From: a virus | IMG/VR virus record: IMGVR_UViG_3300025120_014919 | Coordinates: 32,001 to 96,000 of that record | Length of the DNA stretch: 64,000 nucleotides | Direction: 5' to 3' (one strand) | Part shown: piece after piece, positions 59,622-64,000 of the stretch | How positions within the stretch are numbered: the stretch's first letter is position 1 | Layout: each line of letters starts with the position of its first letter | Program-made: the position numbers and the translations under genes | Notes under the pieces: generated by a model | The model's input: the letters and a program-made list of their open reading frames with translations, nothing else | The model's database searches: none | Told to the model about the DNA's origin: nothing

Positions 59622-62021
59622 ATGGCAACAGGAATTCCAATAGATGATTTAGTTAAACTTCCGTTTAGTTTTGAAAATAATTGCAACGATGCAGTCTTCC
59701 CTTTAGTTTATGGTAATGGAGGAACATATAAGGTATCGGTTGATCAAATATTTTTCAACAATTCAATAGAAAATAGTTCTTTACAGGTTAATAGTGTAAC
59801 TACGGATAAAATAACTGATTTAAGTATAACGACAGACAAAATTGCTGAGCAAGCAATTATACCTGAAAAAATCCAAAATAATAGCATAACTTGTAATCAA
59901 ATAGCTATATGTGGTATTGGTAATGAAAACATGACACCGAGAACCATCCAAGGTGTTATATTACGTGAAAAAACTATTACTAATTTAGAGTTAGCAGATA
60001 ATAGTGTTAATACAGATAAAATTCAAAATAATTCTATTATTACAGATAAAATAAACGATGCTGCAGTAACTACAGATAAATTGAATAGTCAATCAGTTAC
60101 TAATGATAAGATTGCAAATAACACTATAGCATCAACAAAAATAGAGTTTATTGGTGATGATTTAACTAGAGCCCCGGGTGCAATATTAATACACAACCAG
60201 GGTAAATATAATAGCTCTATTATGAGCGGTGACGGCACTTTAAATAGTACTGGTGTATTTAATTTAAACCCCATACCGACTAATAAATTACTTGACGACG
60301 CTGTAACTACACCTAAAATCTTAGATAAAAATATAACAAAAGGAAAAATTGCAGATAAAACAATTACTAATGAGCAAATAGCTAATGCTACTATTACTAA
60401 TGAAAATATGATTCAAAGAAGTATACAAGGTCTTATACTTCAATGCAAAACAATTAACAATGAGGAATTAGCTGATAATTCAGTAGGTACTAGAAATATT
60501 CAAGAACAAAGTATTAGTCCAGGCAAAATACAAAATGGTACCATTGCTGCAAAACAAATAGCTAGCCAAGGTGTTAGTAATGATAATTTACAAGATAGAA
60601 GTATAGAAGGTGGTAAACTTATAACTAGTACTATTAGTAATGATGAGTTAGCAGATAATTCAGTTAATAATGCAAAAATTGACAATAGTGGGGATTATAC
60701 ATTTAATAGTATTACAAATACAACTGAAGATGTAGGTATAAATGGTATTGAATATAAATTTCCAAATACTTTAACTAACGACAGATTTCTTAAGCATTCA
60801 GTTGCAGGTAAGTTAGAGTGGGTAACCCCGACAGAATTTAGTCCAAGAGCACCGACAACGGTATTAGATAAAGTTCTTCCTATAGGTGCAATAATGTCTT
60901 ACGGTGCAAATACTCTACCAGCAGATGGTAAATTTTTACCTTGTGATGGTTCAGAGCAAAATACAGCTGATTACCCAGACTTAAGCAAATTAATAAAAGG
61001 GATATATGGAGCAGCTAGTTCTGCTTCAAAATTTGTATTACCTGATTTAAGAGGTAGAGTACCTGTCGGTTATAGTGCATCAGATAGTAATTTTAACAGT
61101 GTAGGAAAAGTAGGAGGTTCTAATGATCAACGTATATGTACAACAACTGACGGTCATAACCTATTAGAATCAGAATTACCAGCACACTCTCATTGTTATA
61201 GAAATGATTATTTCATGGAAGTTAATCGAAACTGTAAATGTGTAGATTATAAAGAAGATGTAGGTTCAGGTTTACATGGAAGTGGTGATTCAGATAATGA
61301 TAATACAACTGTATTTGGAAGATGCTCCAGAACTGCTAGTACAGGTGGTAGCGCTTCTCATTCCCATACCATATCATTTAATGGGGATAATAAAAATATT
61401 CAAAAGTATAATACTATTCCATATATTATTAAAGCTTTACCTGATAGAGTAGTTCAATTAGATGTTGAGTTGGGACCAGGATTAGTCGGTCAAAGAAGTA
61501 ATCCGGTCTCCACGACGAGTAATATTACTTTAGATAGTACGTGTCTAAATTTAGTAGTTAAGCCCTCTCAATTATGTTTTAATAATACAAATCAACTGGC
61601 CATAAGCGATAATTTTATAACAGATTTTGCTAATGATGGAGGTATTACCTCAGCTACAAGTACTGACAATACAATACCCACCACAAAAGCTGTTAAGACA
61701 TATGTAGATGGTCGTACAACTACTAAATATTTTACCGGTACAAGTACTAAATACTCTATCTCTCACGGGCAAAGTAGAGCCCCTGATGTATTCCAGATCT
61801 TTTTAGATTCCGTGCTCGGAAGAACAGATATTACTTCACTGCATATCGCAAATGGTACTGATGGGGGTCGAATACATGTAGGTATTCAAGCCGATGCAAC
61901 AAAAATTGAGGCATTTATAGCGACGGCCACAGGTGGTGTAGCGACATCGTCCTCGAGCCTGAACTTGGGCGTCGTGCCTGACGCGGCTACGAAATTGTAT
62001 ACTGCAATATGGTACGACTAA
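59622..62021 (+). CDS. Tail fibre protein with decapeptide repeats and tail-collar domain
   Basis: (S/T)(V/I)TxxKI-type 10-residue repeats; collar motif LPIGAIMSY..FLPCDG..YPDL..FVLPDLRGRVPVG; LPAHSH, SHSHT. Confidence 0.85.
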   Translation: MATGIPIDDLVKLPFSFENNCNDAVFPLVYGNGGTYKVSVDQIFFNNSIENSSLQVNSVTTDKITDLSITTDKIAEQAIIPEKIQNNSITCNQIAICGIGNENMTPRTIQGVILREKTITNLELADNSVNTDKIQNNSIITDKINDAAVTTDKLNSQSVTNDKIANNTIASTKIEFIGDDLTRAPGAILIHNQGKYNSSIMSGDGTLNSTGVFNLNPIPTNKLLDDAVTTPKILDKNITKGKIADKTITNEQIANATITNENMIQRSIQGLILQCKTINNEELADNSVGTRNIQEQSISPGKIQNGTIAAKQIASQGVSNDNLQDRSIEGGKLITSTISNDELADNSVNNAKIDNSGDYTFNSITNTTEDVGINGIEYKFPNTLTNDRFLKHSVAGKLEWVTPTEFSPRAPTTVLDKVLPIGAIMSYGANTLPADGKFLPCDGSEQNTADYPDLSKLIKGIYGAASSASKFVLPDLRGRVPVGYSASDSNFNSVGKVGGSNDQRICTTTDGHNLLESELPAHSHCYRNDYFMEVNRNCKCVDYKEDVGSGLHGSGDSDNDNTTVFGRCSRTASTGGSASHSHTISFNGDNKNIQKYNTIPYIIKALPDRVVQLDVELGPGLVGQRSNPVSTTSNITLDSTCLNLVVKPSQLCFNNTNQLAISDNFITDFANDGGITSATSTDNTIPTTKAVKTYVDGRTTTKYFTGTSTKYSISHGQSRAPDVFQIFLDSVLGRTDITSLHIANGTDGGRIHVGIQADATKIEAFIATATGGVATSSSSLNLGVVPDAATKLYTAIWYD

Positions 62022-62401
62022 ACATACACGACATAATAAAATATATAAAATCTTTGAATCGTGTTGGGTGCAGTGCTTTTAAGTTTATATCACAAACAGA
62101 GTTAATTAATCAATATAGAAATACTGACTTTACACTTGTAGAAGATTTAAGCTATGATTCAAAATTAGTTAATTGGGAAAATATAAAAGATTATTCACCC
62201 AATATTACGTTAAAAATAGATAGGAAAATAAAAGATAAAAAGTTAAATTTATATTATAAGAATGTTGTTTATAATGACGTATTAAAAAATCCGGTAGTTA
62301 TAGGCCACCAGGGGTTAGTAATTGATGGTTATCACAGATTAAAAAATATACAAATTAATAAATTAAGTTTTAATGCTTGGATAGCGACTAATTATAAATA
62401 A
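62009..62401 (+). CDS. ParB/sulfiredoxin-like domain protein
   Basis: NPVVI...VIDGYHRL. Confidence 0.55.
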   Translation: MVRLNIHDIIKYIKSLNRVGCSAFKFISQTELINQYRNTDFTLVEDLSYDSKLVNWENIKDYSPNITLKIDRKIKDKKLNLYYKNVVYNDVLKNPVVIGHQGLVIDGYHRLKNIQINKLSFNAWIATNYK

Positions 62402-62432
62402 CTAATATAGATAATATAGACTAAATAATAAT

Positions 62433-64000
62433 ATGGCCGTAGGATTAACAAATAAATGTATAAACGCAACTTACCAAGGTTTAATAAAAACATGCGATAA
62501 TCTAGTTTTACCCGCCGATGGGCAAGTACTTTTAACAGATGGACAAGGCACTGAGTCTAGCCTTAGTATTGGTAAAGCCAATAATGGTATTAGCGTACTT
62601 GGAGTTTCAACATTGTGCGGTAATATCACGCAAGAAGGTTCAAGCACCACAACGTTAAAAGCTACTACTATCACTGGTGCAGGTACAGTATGCGGTGCTA
62701 CACTTTTATGCAATAGTGCTGAAGTTTGCTGCGCGCTTACTACACATGCTAATAATACTTTTTGCGGAGAATGTACATTTGTAGAAAAAAGAGCTGCTAT
62801 AGGTTCTAATACTAATGCTGATGACTCTACAATTTTAACTGTAAAATCAACGTGTGAAGATTGTTCAGCTGTTACTTTAATAGGTAACGGTGTTAGCCCC
62901 CATATACGATTATTTGAGGAAGGGGCAGGAACATGTTTTGCAGTAGGGTTGGATAGTAATGATTCTAATAAATTTAAAATTGTTAATGGCCCGACAATGA
63001 GTCAAAATAATGCAATAGTTATAACAGCAGGTGGTAAAGTAGGTATTAATAACTCACCATTAGCAACTTCAGAAGAATTTAATGTTTGCGGTAATTCTTT
63101 ATTTTCAGGCAATACCACCATTTGCGATTCAGCTTTAAAATTAACTAGAGATTCATCTATAGAAGTTTCTAACGGTACAGGTAATGTCGGTGAATTTATA
63201 GGAAAAACGACAGCAGGTCGTTTAACATGGCAAAGCCCAGGTGGTGGTGCAAATTGCACTGGTAATATATGTAGCGGTACTACAGTATCTCCAAACATAT
63301 TACCGAAATTTCAAGACCCTGGAGGAGGAATCACAACTTCATGTACTTTAACAGATAGTAATATAAGTGATGATGGTACTACAGTCTTAGTACAACAACA
63401 ATTGAATGTAGGTGGCAACACTTCGTTTATAGGAAGTGCTCACTTTTTAAGTACTTTAAAAGATGAAACTGCTGGTAACGGGGTAAATGGTCAAGTTTTA
63501 ACTTCTACTGGAAGTGGAATAAAATGGACAAATTGCAATACTAGTGCAGGTTCATTAGAAGTTCAAAGTACTTTTAATGTAACAGGTGGTCTTACAGGTG
63601 TACCACAAAGTTTTAACGGTACACAAGACGTTAATATTCCTGTTAATGCAATAAATGCTGCATGTTTAAAATCAGGATTAGTACCACAAGCTAGATTACC
63701 TGACATTAATGCATGTCAATTACAAAGTCTAAATTTATCATCACCTGGTAATAGATTTAATGTTATCACGCATGTTGAAAATGACGGTTCAATGGAAATA
63801 GGAAGATTTATCGACTTTCATTTAGATACGACGAGCTCATCTAATTGCAACGCAAGTATACAATTATTCGATAACAATAGAATGCATTTTACCGGAGCGA
63901 ATGTTTCAGAATTCCAATTTGATGGTAACGTGTGCTCAACCAAAGATATTATAGCTTTTACAACATCTGATAAAAATCTTAAAAAGGATTTAAGTTGCAT
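62433..64000 (+). CDS. Second Cys-rich tail fibre (paralogue of 52347-53987), 3'-truncated; not in ORF track
   Basis: Starts MAVGLTNKCINATYQGLIKTCDNLVLPADG; the same frame at the window end reads DIIAFTTSDKNLKK (S74 cleavage site); TAAATA-N5-ATG. Confidence 0.85.
   Translation, partial: MAVGLTNKCINATYQGLIKTCDNLVLPADGQVLLTDGQGTESSLSIGKANNGISVLGVSTLCGNITQEGSSTTTLKATTITGAGTVCGATLLCNSAEVCCALTTHANNTFCGECTFVEKRAAIGSNTNADDSTILTVKSTCEDCSAVTLIGNGVSPHIRLFEEGAGTCFAVGLDSNDSNKFKIVNGPTMSQNNAIVITAGGKVGINNSPLATSEEFNVCGNSLFSGNTTICDSALKLTRDSSIEVSNGTGNVGEFIGKTTAGRLTWQSPGGGANCTGNICSGTTVSPNILPKFQDPGGGITTSCTLTDSNISDDGTTVLVQQQLNVGGNTSFIGSAHFLSTLKDETAGNGVNGQVLTSTGSGIKWTNCNTSAGSLEVQSTFNVTGGLTGVPQSFNGTQDVNIPVNAINAACLKSGLVPQARLPDINACQLQSLNLSSPGNRFNVITHVENDGSMEIGRFIDFHLDTTSSSNCNASIQLFDNNRMHFTGANVSEFQFDGNVCSTKDIIAFTTSDKNLKKDLSC

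Noticed and set aside
1263-63298. Many short overlapping or antisense ORFs in the track (e.g. 1263-1457, 1632-1967, 4096-4416, 9592-10089, 34021-34557, 43362-43628, 62471-62713, 63002-63298)
   Set aside because: They lie within well-supported genes, lack promoter motifs and read as shadow frames
1-64000. Stop-codon reassignment, as in some large phages
   Set aside because: Genes are full length and densely packed in the standard code, and TAA, TGA and TAG all end genes at sensible places
1-64000. tRNA, rRNA, CRISPR array, intron, intein or homing endonuclease
   Set aside because: Intergenic gaps are short, no repeat-spacer pattern was seen, and polymerase, helicase, terminase and UvsX show no interruptions; a covariance-model search was not possible
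52347-64000. Invertible tail-fibre cassette (oppositely oriented paralogues)
   Set aside because: No recombinase or nucleotide-level inverted repeats were seen, and each paralogue has its own promoter and start

Overview
A 64-kb, very AT-rich segment of a large T4-like (contractile-tailed) bacteriophage genome, read in the standard genetic code. The left third holds the replication/recombination module: family B DNA polymerase (truncated at the window edge), UvsX, gp41 helicase, gp32, gp45 clamp, RNase H and gp61 primase. Auxiliary genes are interleaved: an APS-kinase/nucleotidyltransferase pair; a QueC / class II glutamine amidotransferase / GNAT / dATP-dGTP diphosphohydrolase / glycosyltransferase cluster; and a nucleotide-sugar cluster of RmlB plus a plant/giant-virus-type epimerase-reductase. 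The remainder is morphogenesis: neck, terminase, tail completion, a 1013-aa sheath, tube, baseplate, large structural proteins and tail fibres, including two Cys-rich paralogues with S74-type chaperones. No major capsid, portal, tRNA, rRNA or CRISPR array was recognised. Most notable observations: (1) apparently leaderless gene architecture, with sigma70-like TTGANN-N16-TAWAAT and T4-late-like TAAATA motifs sitting about 5-8 nt before start codons, including a palindromic bidirectional late promoter and an intragenic one predicting a nested isoform; (2) a QueC lacking most of its zinc ligands inside a candidate base-modification locus; (3) a dispersed set of late, probably capsid-packaged proteins sharing N-terminal targeting-like motifs, one resembling a polymorphic-toxin pre-toxin domain; (4) a GC-rich tail-fibre tip. 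All family assignments come from motif recognition by eye, not database searches.
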